Shown: one piece after another, positions 10,169 to 19,995 of the stretch
Position numbering within the stretch: position 1 is the first letter of the stretch
How the letters are laid out: each line of letters begins with the position of its first letter
Source of the DNA: Planctomycetota bacterium
GTDB taxonomy: Bacteria; Planctomycetota; JAJSAM01; JAJVHW01
Assembly: GCA_965248445.1 (NCBI GenBank)
Contig: CBDFJG010000001.1
Coordinates: forward strand, 416,001 to 480,000
Length of the DNA: 64,000 nucleotides
Reading direction: 5' to 3'
Program-made: the position numbers and the translations under genes
Notes under the pieces: model-generated
What the model saw: the letters and a program-made list of their open reading frames with translations, nothing else
Told to the model about the DNA's origin: nothing
Database searches by the model: none

Positions 10169-11640
10169 TACCCACCCCCCAGCAACTGCCGCGCGGCAGA
10201 CGTCGCCACACCGACGGTCTGTTCCGTGAAGATCCCGAAGTAGAGCGTGCCACCGATGAGAATCCAGACCGGGACGAGCATGCTGAGCGGAGCTTCGCTG
10301 ACCTCGCGGTCGTCCGCCGGCTTCTGGAAGTAGGCCACCTCGATCACGCGCCAGACGTAGATGACTGCGAGCAGCGAACTGATGAGCGTCAGCGCCGCGA
10401 CCGGATACCAGCCGCGCTCGAGCGCGCCGAGCACCAGGTACCACTTGCTCACGAAGCCGACGGTTCCCGGCACACCGATGAGCCCGAGGCCGCCCACAAC
10501 AAACGCGGCCATGGTGATCGGCATGCGCCGCCCCAGCCCGCGCATGTCCTCGATGCGCGATGAGCGGATGCGGAACGCAACGCACGCGACGACGAGGAAC
10601 AATCCGCCCTTCATCAGCGCATGGTTGAACAGATGGACGATGCCGCCGGTCAGGCCGTCCACGTTGTGGAAGGACAGCCCGAGCGTCATGTAACCGATCT
10701 GCGCGATCGACGAGTACGCAAGCAGCCGCTTGATCTTCGACTGATAGATCGCCGCGGTCGAGCCGACGAACATCGCGGCCAGCGAGATCGGCACGAGCAG
10801 CCAGTGCAGACTCAGTTCGCCGAACACGAAGTCCTTCCCGAAGATCGAGAAGATCACCCGCAGCAGCACGTAGAACGCGACCTTGGTCGCCGTCGCGGCA
10901 AGGAAGGCCGAGATCTTCGGCGGCGAGTACGTGTAGGCGTTCGGCAGCCACTGGTGCAGCGGGAACACCGCGAGCTTGATGCTCAGCCCCACGAACATGA
11001 CGCCGAACGCGACCGAGAGGGTGCGCGTCGTCGTGACGTCGGGCAGGCGCTCGGACAGGTCGCCCATGTTGAGCGTGCCGGTCATCTGGTAGAGCAGCCC
11101 GGTGCCGATCAGGAAGAGCGCACCGCCGATGGTGCCCATGATCAGGTACGCGTACGCCGCCGTCAGAGCCCGGCGGCCGCGGCCCAGCGCGACCAGCGTG
11201 TACGCCGCCAGCGAGCTGATCTCGAGGAACACGTACACGTTGAAGAGGTCACCCGTCGCCGTCATGCCGAGCAGGCCGGTCAGGCACAGCAGATAGACCG
11301 CGTAGACGGCGTGCCGCTGGCCGCCCTCCAGATCGTCCCCCCGCGGCGCCGGTCCGAACGGCACCACGACCGAAGCGATGAGCGAGATGATCACGGCCAC
11401 GAACGCGTTGACCTGATCGAGGCGGTACTCGATCCCCAGCGGCGCCGGCCACCCGCCTACTTCGTAGGAGATCGTCCCCTCCGAGATCACGCGAGCGAGC
11501 AGCAGCGACGAGATGACCAGGCACGCGAACGACGCGATGCCGGCCAGCGGCCGTGCGAGTTGCGTGTTGCGCAGCAACAGGCAGAACGGGGCCGCCACGA
11601 GCGGCAACGCGACCAGCAGGACGGGGAAATGCTCGCTCAT
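10168..11640 (-). CDS. mrpD: Mrp antiporter subunit D
   Basis: MSEHFPVLL start; DLFNVYVFLEI, FPLHQWLPNAY, LLAYSSIAQIGY. Confidence 0.9.
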   Translation of the reverse strand: MSEHFPVLLVALPLVAAPFCLLLRNTQLARPLAGIASFACLVISSLLLARVISEGTISYEVGGWPAPLGIEYRLDQVNAFVAVIISLIASVVVPFGPAPRGDDLEGGQRHAVYAVYLLCLTGLLGMTATGDLFNVYVFLEISSLAAYTLVALGRGRRALTAAYAYLIMGTIGGALFLIGTGLLYQMTGTLNMGDLSERLPDVTTTRTLSVAFGVMFVGLSIKLAVFPLHQWLPNAYTYSPPKISAFLAATATKVAFYVLLRVIFSIFGKDFVFGELSLHWLLVPISLAAMFVGSTAAIYQSKIKRLLAYSSIAQIGYMTLGLSFHNVDGLTGGIVHLFNHALMKGGLFLVVACVAFRIRSSRIEDMRGLGRRMPITMAAFVVGGLGLIGVPGTVGFVSKWYLVLGALERGWYPVAALTLISSLLAVIYVWRVIEVAYFQKPADDREVSEAPLSMLVPVWILIGGTLYFGIFTEQTVGVATSAARQLLGGG

Positions 11641-11645
11641 CGCGC

Positions 11646-12014
11646 TCACTCCTCCGCCGCGTCCAGGGCGAAGATCTCGTCTTCCTCGGCGGTGCCGTAG
11701 GCCTCGCGGATGCGCACCACCAGCGCAAGCGCCACTGCGCTCGTGGCAACCCCGACCACGATGGCGGTCAGCATCAGCACGTGCGGCAGCGGATTGCTGT
11801 AGAGCTGATCGGGCGGGGCGCCCTCGATGATGATCGGCGCGGTGCCGCCCCGCACCTTCCCCATCGCCACGTAGAACATGATCACGGCGACCTGGAAAAT
11901 GGTCAGCCCCATCAGCTTCTTGACGAGGTTGTCGCGCTCGATGACGACGTACAAGCCGATCATCATGAGCGTGATGCACGCCCAGTAGTGCCACAGTCCC
12001 GGGAAGTTGCTCAC
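11646..12014 (-). CDS. mrpC: Mrp antiporter subunit C
   Basis: NLVKKLMGL, NPLPHVLMLTAIVVG; GTG start overlaps the mrpB stop. Confidence 0.9.
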   Translation of the reverse strand: MSNFPGLWHYWACITLMMIGLYVVIERDNLVKKLMGLTIFQVAVIMFYVAMGKVRGGTAPIIIEGAPPDQLYSNPLPHVLMLTAIVVGVATSAVALALVVRIREAYGTAEEDEIFALDAAEE

Positions 12015-12481
12015 CGGTACGCGCGCCCCGCGAACAGGTAGAAGATCAGCGACATCCCGGACGTGACCGTGAACAGCACGCCGGCCTCGACGATCATGAT
12101 CCCGAGGTGCTGGCCGTGCACCCGCGCCTCCTCGAAGTGCGCGGGGTCGTTCGACGACAGCAGCGCTCCGTAATCGAGGAAGTTGCCGCCCGCCATCAAG
12201 GTCGCAACCGCGGTGCCGGCCCACAGCAGGACGCCGAGCGCCACGCCGGCTTCGAGTGCGCGCGGCGGGACGACCCGCTTGGCGGCGTCGAGCCCAAAGA
12301 TCAGCGCATAGAGGATGATTCCCGCCGCGAAGATCACGCCTGCCTGGAAGCCGCCGCCGGGGCCGAAGTCGCCGTGGAACTGCACGTACAACGCGAACAG
12401 GAAGAAGAAGGGGACGACCGCCTTGCCGACCACCCGGAGGATGATCTTGTCGCGCATGCGCATGTGTGTCCGCGTGCTCAT
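12011..12481 (-). CDS. mrpB: Mrp antiporter subunit B
   Basis: HGDFGPGGGFQAGVI signature. Confidence 0.9.
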   Translation of the reverse strand: MSTRTHMRMRDKIILRVVGKAVVPFFFLFALYVQFHGDFGPGGGFQAGVIFAAGIILYALIFGLDAAKRVVPPRALEAGVALGVLLWAGTAVATLMAGGNFLDYGALLSSNDPAHFEEARVHGQHLGIMIVEAGVLFTVTSGMSLIFYLFAGRAYR

Positions 12482-13053
12482 GCCTCACCCGCGCCGTCGA
12501 CCGGTCCAGCCTGATCTGCGCGGACGTCCGGGCTCACCGGGCGGCGCCCGGCCAGGAGGACGAACACGCCGACTGCCGCGGTGAACACGACCGTCGTCTC
12601 GCCGAAGGTGTCCCATCCGCGGTAGCTCGCGAGCACCGTCGTGACCACGTTGGGGATGCCGAGCGCGCGCGACCCGGCGATGAAGTCGGGAGCCACGTGG
12701 TGGTGGATCACCGACGCGGCGTCGCCGTAGCTCGGCATGTCGAGCGTTCCGAACACGAGAACAGCCCCCGTCACGACGACGACGAGCGCGGGGAGCAGGC
12801 GCATCGGCCGTTGATTCTCACGACTTCCTGTGAGCGACAGCGCGCCGAGCATCAGGACCGTCGAGAGCCCGGCGCCCACCGCGGCCTCCGTGAACGCCAC
12901 GTCCACCGCGTCCATGAGCACGAACAGCCCGGCTGAGAGCAGGCTGAAGATGCCGGTCATCATCGCTGCGGCGAACAGGTCGCGCAGTCGCGCCACCACG
13001 ACCGCCGTGACGATCAGCAACAGGAAGAGGAAGGCCTCGATGGGTACGTCCAT
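12478..13053 (-). CDS. DUF4040/MnhB-related Mrp subunit (equivalent to the C-terminal part of MrpA)
   Basis: DAVDVAFTEAAVGAG, PNVVTTVLASYRGWDTFGE. Confidence 0.85.
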   Translation of the reverse strand: MDVPIEAFLFLLLIVTAVVVARLRDLFAAAMMTGIFSLLSAGLFVLMDAVDVAFTEAAVGAGLSTVLMLGALSLTGSRENQRPMRLLPALVVVVTGAVLVFGTLDMPSYGDAASVIHHHVAPDFIAGSRALGIPNVVTTVLASYRGWDTFGETTVVFTAAVGVFVLLAGRRPVSPDVRADQAGPVDGAGEA

Positions 13054-13057
13054 CGCG

Positions 13058-13381
13058 CTACTCCTCGGCGTCCCGGTTCACGCGCACGCCGTGGGCGTAC
13101 GCCGCCTTGACCAGCGCGTGTGCCGCGGTCGGGCTGCTGATCAGGATGAACACCAACACGATCACGAGCTTGACCGTGACGAGGCTGGCGCCGGAATGGA
13201 GGGCCAGGCCGACGAGGATGAGCCCCGCGCCGAGCGTGTCGATGATGGTCGCTGGGTGTGTGCGTGTGTAGAAGTCGGGCATGCGCAGAAGGCCGAGCGC
13301 ACCGATCACACAGAAGACACTGCCGAGCACGAGCAGCGCGCCGCTCGCGATGACGAGGGGGTCGAGCATGCCGAGCATCAC
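13058..13381 (-). CDS. mrpG: Mrp antiporter subunit G
   Basis: GLLRMPDFYTRTHPA, SPTAAHAL. Confidence 0.9.
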   Translation of the reverse strand: MMLGMLDPLVIASGALLVLGSVFCVIGALGLLRMPDFYTRTHPATIIDTLGAGLILVGLALHSGASLVTVKLVIVLVFILISSPTAAHALVKAAYAHGVRVNRDAEE

Positions 13382-13677
13382 TCGGCCGACCTCCGCTGCT
13401 CGTCCTTGACCCGCCGGTCATCGGCCAGTTCGCCGAAGCGCGCATATTTCGCGACGGCGATCGTCCCGGTGAAGTTGACGATCGCGTACAGGATGGCGAG
13501 ATCGAGCCACTCGGGCCGGCCGGTCAGGAACCCGGCAACAGCGATCAGGAGAATCGTCGCCGTGCCGAACGAGTTGGCGGCAAGCACGCGGTCGTAGACC
13601 GTGGGTCCCTTGATGGCGCGAACCAGCACGAGGGACATCGTGACCAGGACGCCGAACATCGCGACAGTGAACATCAC
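13378..13677 (-). CDS. mrpF: Mrp antiporter subunit F
   Basis: KGPTVYDRVLA, DLAILYA. Confidence 0.9.
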   Translation of the reverse strand: MMFTVAMFGVLVTMSLVLVRAIKGPTVYDRVLAANSFGTATILLIAVAGFLTGRPEWLDLAILYAIVNFTGTIAVAKYARFGELADDRRVKDEQRRSAE

Positions 13678-14150
13678 TCACCGCCCTCGAGCGCCGCGCA
13701 CTTGCGGTTCATGTCACCGCTGCGCAGACCGTCCGCCGCCTCGTCCGTGAGCGCGTGCACCAGGAACGTGCCGTCGCGGCAATCGAGTGTGATCGTGCCG
13801 GGGGTCAGCGTGATCGAGTTGCCGTAGACCACCTGACCGACCTCGGTCTTCTGGTCGGACGGCACGCGAAGCAGGTGCTCCTGGATCGGCAGGCCGGGCG
13901 TCAGCACGACCTTCGCGACCTGCAGGTTCGCCTTGACGATCTCCCACGCCAGCCACGGCACGTAGAAGAGTGGCCGGACGCCGAGCGTGTAGTTCTCCGC
14001 GGCGCCGTCAACACTGTCCATGCGGCGCATGAGTAGGACCACGATCAGCGAGGACACCGCGCCGAACGTCATCAGCATCGGCGTGTAGATCCCCGAGAGC
14101 AGGAGCCACGTCCCGAAGAGCGCCACGAACGCGGTGATCGAGCGAATCAC
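13674..14150 (-). CDS. mrpE: Mrp antiporter subunit E
   Basis: WLLLSG, EIVKANLQVA, NSITLTPGT; GTG at 14150 preceded by GGAG. Confidence 0.9.
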   Translation of the reverse strand: MIRSITAFVALFGTWLLLSGIYTPMLMTFGAVSSLIVVLLMRRMDSVDGAAENYTLGVRPLFYVPWLAWEIVKANLQVAKVVLTPGLPIQEHLLRVPSDQKTEVGQVVYGNSITLTPGTITLDCRDGTFLVHALTDEAADGLRSGDMNRKCAALEGGE

Positions 14151-14405
14151 CGGGCTGCTCCGGCCTCCGGCCGGCCCGTAGCGGGGACACAACGCCAGAT
14201 CGCAGCGGTCATCCCACCTCCGAGCGGATCCACCCCGGGTGCCCGGGGATCCGCGTGCCTTCCTTCGTCCACCTCGCCGCGCCTGCCCTGCGCTGCGGAG
14301 TCTCCTTCCCGGAGCGCGCCAAATGTGGCCTCTGCCCCGCCGCGGGTCAACGAACGCAGGGGCGCGGACGAGGCAGACGTGGCCGCCGCAGGGCGGGGGG
14401 TGAGA

Positions 14406-15116
14406 ATGAGCCGCGTGAGCGAACGTCCGAGCGCAGTGGCCCTCCTCTCCGGCGGCCTGGATTCCGCCGTGGCGGCGGCCTCGGCCCAGGCGGAGGGGCT
14501 TCTGGTTCACGGGCTCACGGTCGACTACGGACAGCGCTGCCGCGCCGAGATCGGCGCCGCCGCCAAGCTCGCGGATCGCATGGGTCTCGTGACGCACCGC
14601 GTGGTCGGCGTCGACCTTCGCGCTGTGGGCGGAAGCTCGCTCACCGGCTCAACCGCGGTTCCACGGGACCGCAGTGACGCTGAGATGGGCCAGGGCGTCC
14701 CCAACACGTACGTCCCCGCACGCAACACGGTCCTCCTCGCGGTGGCGCTCGGTCTCGCCGAGGTCGTCGGCGCCCGGACGCTGGTCATCGGCGCGAACGC
14801 GCTCGACTACTCGGGATACCCCGACTGCCGCGGACCGTTCCTCCGCGCCTTCGAGGAGCTCGCATCGCTCGCGACGGCGGCAGGCACGGAGGAGGGTGCG
14901 CGATTCCGCGTCTCGGCACCGCTGCTCGAGATGTCCAAGGCCGAGATCGTGCTGCGGGGCGTCGAGCTGGACGTGCCGCTCGTGCTGACGGTGTCCTGCT
15001 ACGTGCAGGAGGGCCTCACCGCATGCGGCAAGTGCGACGCCTGCGCCCTGAGAACGAAGGGGTTCCGCGAAGCGGGAGTCGTCAACCCCACTGTCCAGGA
15101 CGGGGGCCGGCTGTGA
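14406..15116 (+). CDS. queC: 7-cyano-7-deazaguanine synthase
   Basis: LSGGLDS, YGQR, TYVPARN, DYSGYPDCR, CY...CGKCDAC zinc site. Confidence 0.95.
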   Translation: MSRVSERPSAVALLSGGLDSAVAAASAQAEGLLVHGLTVDYGQRCRAEIGAAAKLADRMGLVTHRVVGVDLRAVGGSSLTGSTAVPRDRSDAEMGQGVPNTYVPARNTVLLAVALGLAEVVGARTLVIGANALDYSGYPDCRGPFLRAFEELASLATAAGTEEGARFRVSAPLLEMSKAEIVLRGVELDVPLVLTVSCYVQEGLTACGKCDACALRTKGFREAGVVNPTVQDGGRL

Positions 15117-15817
15117 ACCGGACGGAGTCCGCCGCCGAGGTCGCCGCGACGCTCCCGGAGCCGCGCAGTGACTCTCTGCTGCTCACGGAGACGTACACGA
15201 GCATTCAGGGCGAATCGACGTTCGCCGGCCTGCCGTTCGTGCTCGTGCGCACCGCGCGCTGCAATCTGCGTTGCGTCTGGTGCGACTCCGAGTTCACGTT
15301 TCGGGGCGGCGAGCGGAGGCCGGTCGCCGACGTGCTCGCAGAGATCCGAGCGAGCGGTCTCACGCACGTGCTCGTCACGGGTGGCGAGCCGCTGCTCCAG
15401 CCTGCGGTGCTGCCGTTCATGGCGACGCTCTGCGACGAGGGCTTCACGGTGCTGCTCGAGACAGGCGGCTCGCTCGACATCGCGAGCGTGGACCCACGTG
15501 TGCACCGGATCGTGGACGTCAAGTGTCCCGCGAGCGGTGAGAGCGCGCGGAACCGCCTAGAGAACCTCGTGCACCTCGGCGAACGGGACGAGGTGAAGTT
15601 CGTAGTGGCGGATCGCGCCGACTACGAGTGGGCGAAGGAGGTCGTCGCACGAGAGCACCTCGCGGAGCGGGCCGGCGCGGTCCTGTTCTCCCCGGTGGCG
15701 GGCGATGAGACACTGCGCCAGGCCATGGCCGGGTGGCTCGTCGAGGACCGGCTTCCCGTCCGCCTCCAGATCCAGTTGCACAAGATCGTCTGGCCGGCAG
15801 AGGAGCGTGGACGATGA
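15113..15817 (+). CDS. queE: 7-carboxy-7-deazaguanine synthase (radical SAM)
   Basis: SIQGES, CNLRCVWCD, VTGGEP, LETGG, QLHK; overlaps the queC stop. Confidence 0.93.
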   Translation: MNRTESAAEVAATLPEPRSDSLLLTETYTSIQGESTFAGLPFVLVRTARCNLRCVWCDSEFTFRGGERRPVADVLAEIRASGLTHVLVTGGEPLLQPAVLPFMATLCDEGFTVLLETGGSLDIASVDPRVHRIVDVKCPASGESARNRLENLVHLGERDEVKFVVADRADYEWAKEVVAREHLAERAGAVLFSPVAGDETLRQAMAGWLVEDRLPVRLQIQLHKIVWPAEERGR

Positions 15818-16206
15818 GCGACGGCGGTCCGAGAGTCTTGCTGATCGAAGACGAAGCCGAGCTCCGCGCGATGATCGCCGCGATGCTCGCCGCCGACGGT
15901 TACCGCGTTGCCGACTTCGGCGACGCCGAGGCGGCGATGGCGCACGCGGACTCGCTCGCGAAGGCGCCGCGACTGGTCGTCACGGACGCGGGCCTCCCCG
16001 GCATGAGCGGACAGGACCTGATTCGAACCCTCGACGGGAAGTTCCCGGGGCTCGCTGCACGCTCGCTGCTGATCACCGGCGACGACATCGGCCCGGAACT
16101 CGAGCGCTTCTCCACCGAGGTTGGCTGCGGACTGCTGGGCAAACCGTTCCGCATGGACACCTTCCTGCGTCGCTGCCGCGAGATCCTGCGCGACGAACTC
16201 CGATAG
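15814..16206 (+). CDS. Stand-alone response regulator receiver
   Basis: LLIEDE, VVTDAGLPGMSG, ITG, KPF. Confidence 0.85.
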   Translation: MSDGGPRVLLIEDEAELRAMIAAMLAADGYRVADFGDAEAAMAHADSLAKAPRLVVTDAGLPGMSGQDLIRTLDGKFPGLAARSLLITGDDIGPELERFSTEVGCGLLGKPFRMDTFLRRCREILRDELR

Positions 16207-16233
16207 CCTGGACCGCGACAACGGGAGGTTCGG

Positions 16234-16910
16234 ATGACTGCAGCGAAGTCGGGCGCGCTCGGAGCTGCGTTGATCGGCGCGATCGCCGGGGCGCTGGCGG
16301 GATCGTTTGTCACGATGGCACTGCGACCGTCGACTGGCAGCACAGAGACCTCCCCCGCCACCGTCGACCTCGACGAGCGGGTGCTCGCCAGGGCGATCGC
16401 ATCGGCCAACGAGCCGCTGCGCGAAGAGCTGCGACAGCTCCGCGCGTCGCTCGCGAGAGCGCGGGCCGTCCCGGGAGCGGAGGTCGCGGGAACGACCGCC
16501 GACGGCGAATCGAGGGCTGCCGCGCCTGAGCGTCCCGGCCGAGTGACCGCTCGCGCCGAGGCGGCGCTGTGGCGCGGGACCAGGGCGTCCGGCGACGACG
16601 TGCGTGGCGGTGTCGAGTTGACGCCGAAGCCCGACCGCGCGCGGTTGCGCCGGGTGCGTGACTTCGATGACAACTCGCTGACCCGTCGTCGCTACCTGTT
16701 CAGTTCATGACCGAACGCGACGCGCTCGCGTGGTTCGGGTCGCCGGGCACGATCTACGCCGGGGAGGGCGGCGAGGAGTACTGGAACTACGAAGTCGTCG
16801 TCGGGACCGACGACGACGGCGATGAGGTCACACAGGACTTCTCGCTGAAGTTCCAGCGGGGGCGGCTGGTCTATGCGTCAGGCGACGACGATCCCGAAGA
16901 CGACGAGTAG
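16234..16910 (+). pseudogene. Membrane-anchored hypothetical protein, apparently split by a 5-bp tandem duplication (ORFs 16234-16710 and 16707-16910)
   Basis: GTTCA-GTTCA at 16698-16707; removing one copy joins ...RRRYLF in frame to MTERDALAWFGSP. Confidence 0.55.
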
Positions 16911-16913
16911 CCG

Positions 16914-17423
16914 TCAGCGTTTGCGGAGGTAGCGCACGATCTGTACGCGCTCCAGGCTCTCGCGTGACTCCTCGCGCCAGTCGGCCCGGTCCCACTCAGG
17001 GAAGTACACGTCGCCGCCGCCGACCTCGGGGATCTCGGTGAGGAGCAGTTCGTCCGCGTGCGGGAGTGCGAGTCCGTACACAACTCCCCCACCGGCGACG
17101 AACAGGTTGTCGTGCCCGAGCGCGGCCGTCATGCTGACGGCCCCGTCGAGCGTCGCGGCGCCGCCGACCCCCATCCAGCGAGCTTCGGCCTCGCGCGGCT
17201 TGCGCGTCAGCACGAGCGTCGTGCGTCCGGGGAGTGGCCGGCGCACGGACTCCATCGTGCGCGTGCCCATCAGCACGACTGCGCCGGTGGTCAAGCGCTT
17301 GAAGTGCTTGAGGTCCTCCGTGTAGTGCCACGGGAGACCGCCGTCCCGTCCGATCGTTCGGTCGCGCGCGATGCCGGCGACGAGAACGACGCGAACCGCG
17401 TCGCGCGCGCTCACACCGCCCAT
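16914..17423 (-). CDS. folA: Dihydrofolate reductase
   Basis: IGRDGGLPWH..EDLKHFK, MG.RT, RPLPGR, GDVYFP; follows thyA. Confidence 0.93.
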   Translation of the reverse strand: MGGVSARDAVRVVLVAGIARDRTIGRDGGLPWHYTEDLKHFKRLTTGAVVLMGTRTMESVRRPLPGRTTLVLTRKPREAEARWMGVGGAATLDGAVSMTAALGHDNLFVAGGGVVYGLALPHADELLLTEIPEVGGGDVYFPEWDRADWREESRESLERVQIVRYLRKR

Positions 17424-17424
17424 C

Positions 17425-18264
17425 TCAAACTGCTACGGCAAAGTCGAGCTTCTGGCAGGGCTCGTAGCCCTCGACCCTGAAGTCCTCGAACGTCAGTTCG
17501 TCGAGGGGCTTCTTGGCGATGTGCAGTTGTGGCAGCGCGCGGGGCTCCCGTTCGAGCTGCTCGAGCAGACCCGGCACGTGGTCGTACTCAGCCATCGAGC
17601 CGTCGCGCTTCTTCGTGTAGATGTGCGCGTCCACGATGAAGTGGCTGAACACGCCGGGCTCCAGGCCGACGTCCTGCGCGACCGCCATCGTGAGCGCGGA
17701 GTACGCCGCCAAGTTGAACGGGATGCCGAGGGCGATGTCTCCGGAGCGCTGGTTCAGGTGGCAGTTCAGGCGGCCGTCGAGCACGTTGAACGTGAACGTG
17801 TAGTGGCACGGCGGGAGCTTGCTCGTCGTCGCGTTCCCCGGTTCCCACGCCGTGACGACCATGCGCCGGCTGTCGGGCTGATTGCGAAGCTGGTCGAGAA
17901 CGTACTGGATCTGATCGACCTCACGGACGTGCCACTTGCCGTCGCCGTTCTTCTGCGCGGACGGGAAGCGCCGCCAGTAGTAGCCGTATGCGGTGTCGAG
18001 GTTCCCGTCCTCGTCGGCCCACGCGTCCCAGATCTTGGTCTTGCCGCGAAGGTTGCGGATGTGGTCGTCGCCGCTGAGGTACCAAAGGAGTTCGTGCAGC
18101 ATGGACTTCCAGTACATGCGCTTGGTGGTCAGGAGCGGGAAGCCCTCGGCCAGGTCCACCTTGTAGTGGCAGCCGAAGCAGGCGATCGTGTCGACCCCCG
18201 TTCGGCTCGTCTTGCGACGGCCGTGCTCGAGGACATGACGGACCAGATCGAGATACTGCTTCAT
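17425..18264 (-). CDS. thyA: Thymidylate synthase
   Basis: MKQYLDL, RTGVDT, FPLLTTK, LPPCH, QRSGD, PFN. Confidence 0.97.
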   Translation of the reverse strand: MKQYLDLVRHVLEHGRRKTSRTGVDTIACFGCHYKVDLAEGFPLLTTKRMYWKSMLHELLWYLSGDDHIRNLRGKTKIWDAWADEDGNLDTAYGYYWRRFPSAQKNGDGKWHVREVDQIQYVLDQLRNQPDSRRMVVTAWEPGNATTSKLPPCHYTFTFNVLDGRLNCHLNQRSGDIALGIPFNLAAYSALTMAVAQDVGLEPGVFSHFIVDAHIYTKKRDGSMAEYDHVPGLLEQLEREPRALPQLHIAKKPLDELTFEDFRVEGYEPCQKLDFAVAV

Positions 18265-18339
18265 GGTGCCGCTCCTTCCCGTGGGTCTGACGCTTCCCGT
18301 GGGGCGACGAGGCTACCCAGCATCGAGGACACTCGCCCC

Positions 18340-18951
18340 GTGGACGACGAACTCCCCACGCTGCCAGCGATCCTGCTCGCCGCGGGATCCGGGACCCGCC
18401 TCGGAAGACCCAAGGCGCTCCTCGACGTGCGCGGCCGCAGCGCTGTGGCGCACGTCTCGGAGGTCCTCCGCATGGGTGGCGCCGGCCCGGTGATCGCCGT
18501 GACCGGTGCTGCGGCGGCCCACGTCGAGCCGGAGGCGCAGCGCGGCGGCGCCCGGGCCGTGCATTGCGCTGGCTGGGAGGGTGGCCGCACGGCCTCACTC
18601 CAGGCCGGGCTCGCCGCCGTGCCCGACGGCGCGCCGGCCGTGCTCGTTGCGCTGGTGGACATGCCCCTCGTGACCACCGGAACCGTTGGGGCGCTGATCT
18701 CCGCGTGGACCTGCGCGCCGGACGGCACCGAGGTCATCGTCCCCTCCCACGAGGGACGGAGGGGCCATCCGATCGTGCTCGCGCGTTCGCTCTTCCCGGC
18801 GCTCGCGGCTCTCGGACCCGACACTCCTCTCCGCGATGCGCTGCGCACGGCCCGCCGCCTGGTCGTCGACGTCGACGATCCCGGCGTCCTGGTGGATCTC
18901 GATACGCCGGAGGATCTGGCGCGTCATGGTCTCGATCCTTCCAATCGCTGA
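18340..18951 (+). CDS. NTP transferase, MocA-like molybdenum cofactor cytidylyltransferase
   Basis: LAAGSGTRLGRPKALL, LVDMP, GRRGHP, DLDTPED. Confidence 0.8.
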   Translation: MDDELPTLPAILLAAGSGTRLGRPKALLDVRGRSAVAHVSEVLRMGGAGPVIAVTGAAAAHVEPEAQRGGARAVHCAGWEGGRTASLQAGLAAVPDGAPAVLVALVDMPLVTTGTVGALISAWTCAPDGTEVIVPSHEGRRGHPIVLARSLFPALAALGPDTPLRDALRTARRLVVDVDDPGVLVDLDTPEDLARHGLDPSNR

Positions 18952-19034
18952 TCTGTGGTTGGTGTTGCTGTAGCGGCGGGGCGCTGCCCCGCGATCCGGC
19001 GAACCCCAACTCGTGCTCGGTTACCCTCACGGCC

Positions 19035-19979
19035 GTGAAGATCTACCTCGCCTCCCCCCGCGGCTTCTGCGCCGGAGTCGATTACGCGATCGAGATCGTC
19101 GAGCGCGCCCTTGAGCGCTTCGGCGACCGCGTCTACGTGCGGCACGAGATCGTGCACAACGAGCACGTCGTCGACCGGCTCCGCGAGAAGGGGGCGATCT
19201 TCGTCGATGAACCGGGCGAGATCCCCGAGGGCGAGACGGTCATCTACTCGGCCCACGGCGTGTCACCGCAGGTGCGCGCGGAGAGCCGGCAGAAGGGGCT
19301 CCGGGAGATCGACGCCACCTGCCCGCTCGTGCGCAAGGTCCACGACGAAGCAGTGCGCCTCGCGGCCGAGGGGTACGACATCCTGCTGATCGGCCACGCC
19401 GGTCACGTGGAGGTCGAGGGGACGATGGGTGAGGCTCCCGAGCGCATCCGCGTCATCGAGACGCTCGAGGACGCCGAGGTCATCGAGGTCGCGGATCCGT
19501 CGCGGGTCGCCTACCTGACGCAGACCACTCTGTCGGTGGACGACACGGCAAGGATCGTCGACCAGCTACGCGAGCGGTTCCCCGACATCGTCGGTCCGAA
19601 GAAGGACGACATCTGCTACGCCACGCAGAACCGGCAGAACGCGGTCAAGGAACTGTGCAAGCACGTCGATATCGTGCTGGTCGTCGGAGACCCGCACTCG
19701 AGCAACAGCAACCGCCTGGTGGACGTGGCGCGCGGACAGGGCAAGTTCGCGCATCTGCTGCGCGACGCCGACCAACTGGAGGCGCTGATCGAGGAGGCGC
19801 GCGGCTGCCTGGGCCGCCCCATCGCCGCCGTCGGCCTGACCGCCGGCGCGAGCGCCCCGGCGGACCTGATCGACAACGTCTTGGAGACGCTCGTTCAACT
19901 CGGCGGCGAGCTCGCGGACGAGATCGTCACCGCGCGGGAGCGAATCCACTTCGCGCTGCCGCCCGCGCTGCGCGACTGA
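19035..19979 (+). CDS. ispH: 4-hydroxy-3-methylbut-2-enyl diphosphate reductase
   Basis: PRGFCAGV, SAHG, DATCPLV, ICYATQNRQ, SSNS. Confidence 0.97.
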   Translation: MKIYLASPRGFCAGVDYAIEIVERALERFGDRVYVRHEIVHNEHVVDRLREKGAIFVDEPGEIPEGETVIYSAHGVSPQVRAESRQKGLREIDATCPLVRKVHDEAVRLAAEGYDILLIGHAGHVEVEGTMGEAPERIRVIETLEDAEVIEVADPSRVAYLTQTTLSVDDTARIVDQLRERFPDIVGPKKDDICYATQNRQNAVKELCKHVDIVLVVGDPHSSNSNRLVDVARGQGKFAHLLRDADQLEALIEEARGCLGRPIAAVGLTAGASAPADLIDNVLETLVQLGGELADEIVTARERIHFALPPALRD

Positions 19980-19995
19980 TGGGTCCGGGGGCCTG

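Noticed and set aside
14406..15817. queC/queE as a 7-deazaguanine DNA-modification or QatC-type defence system
   Set aside because: Canonical sequences with no dpdA, ATPase, TatD or nuclease neighbours.
16708..16710. TGA as possible Sec read-through
   Set aside because: The downstream coding sequence is in a different frame; the 5-bp duplication explains the break better.
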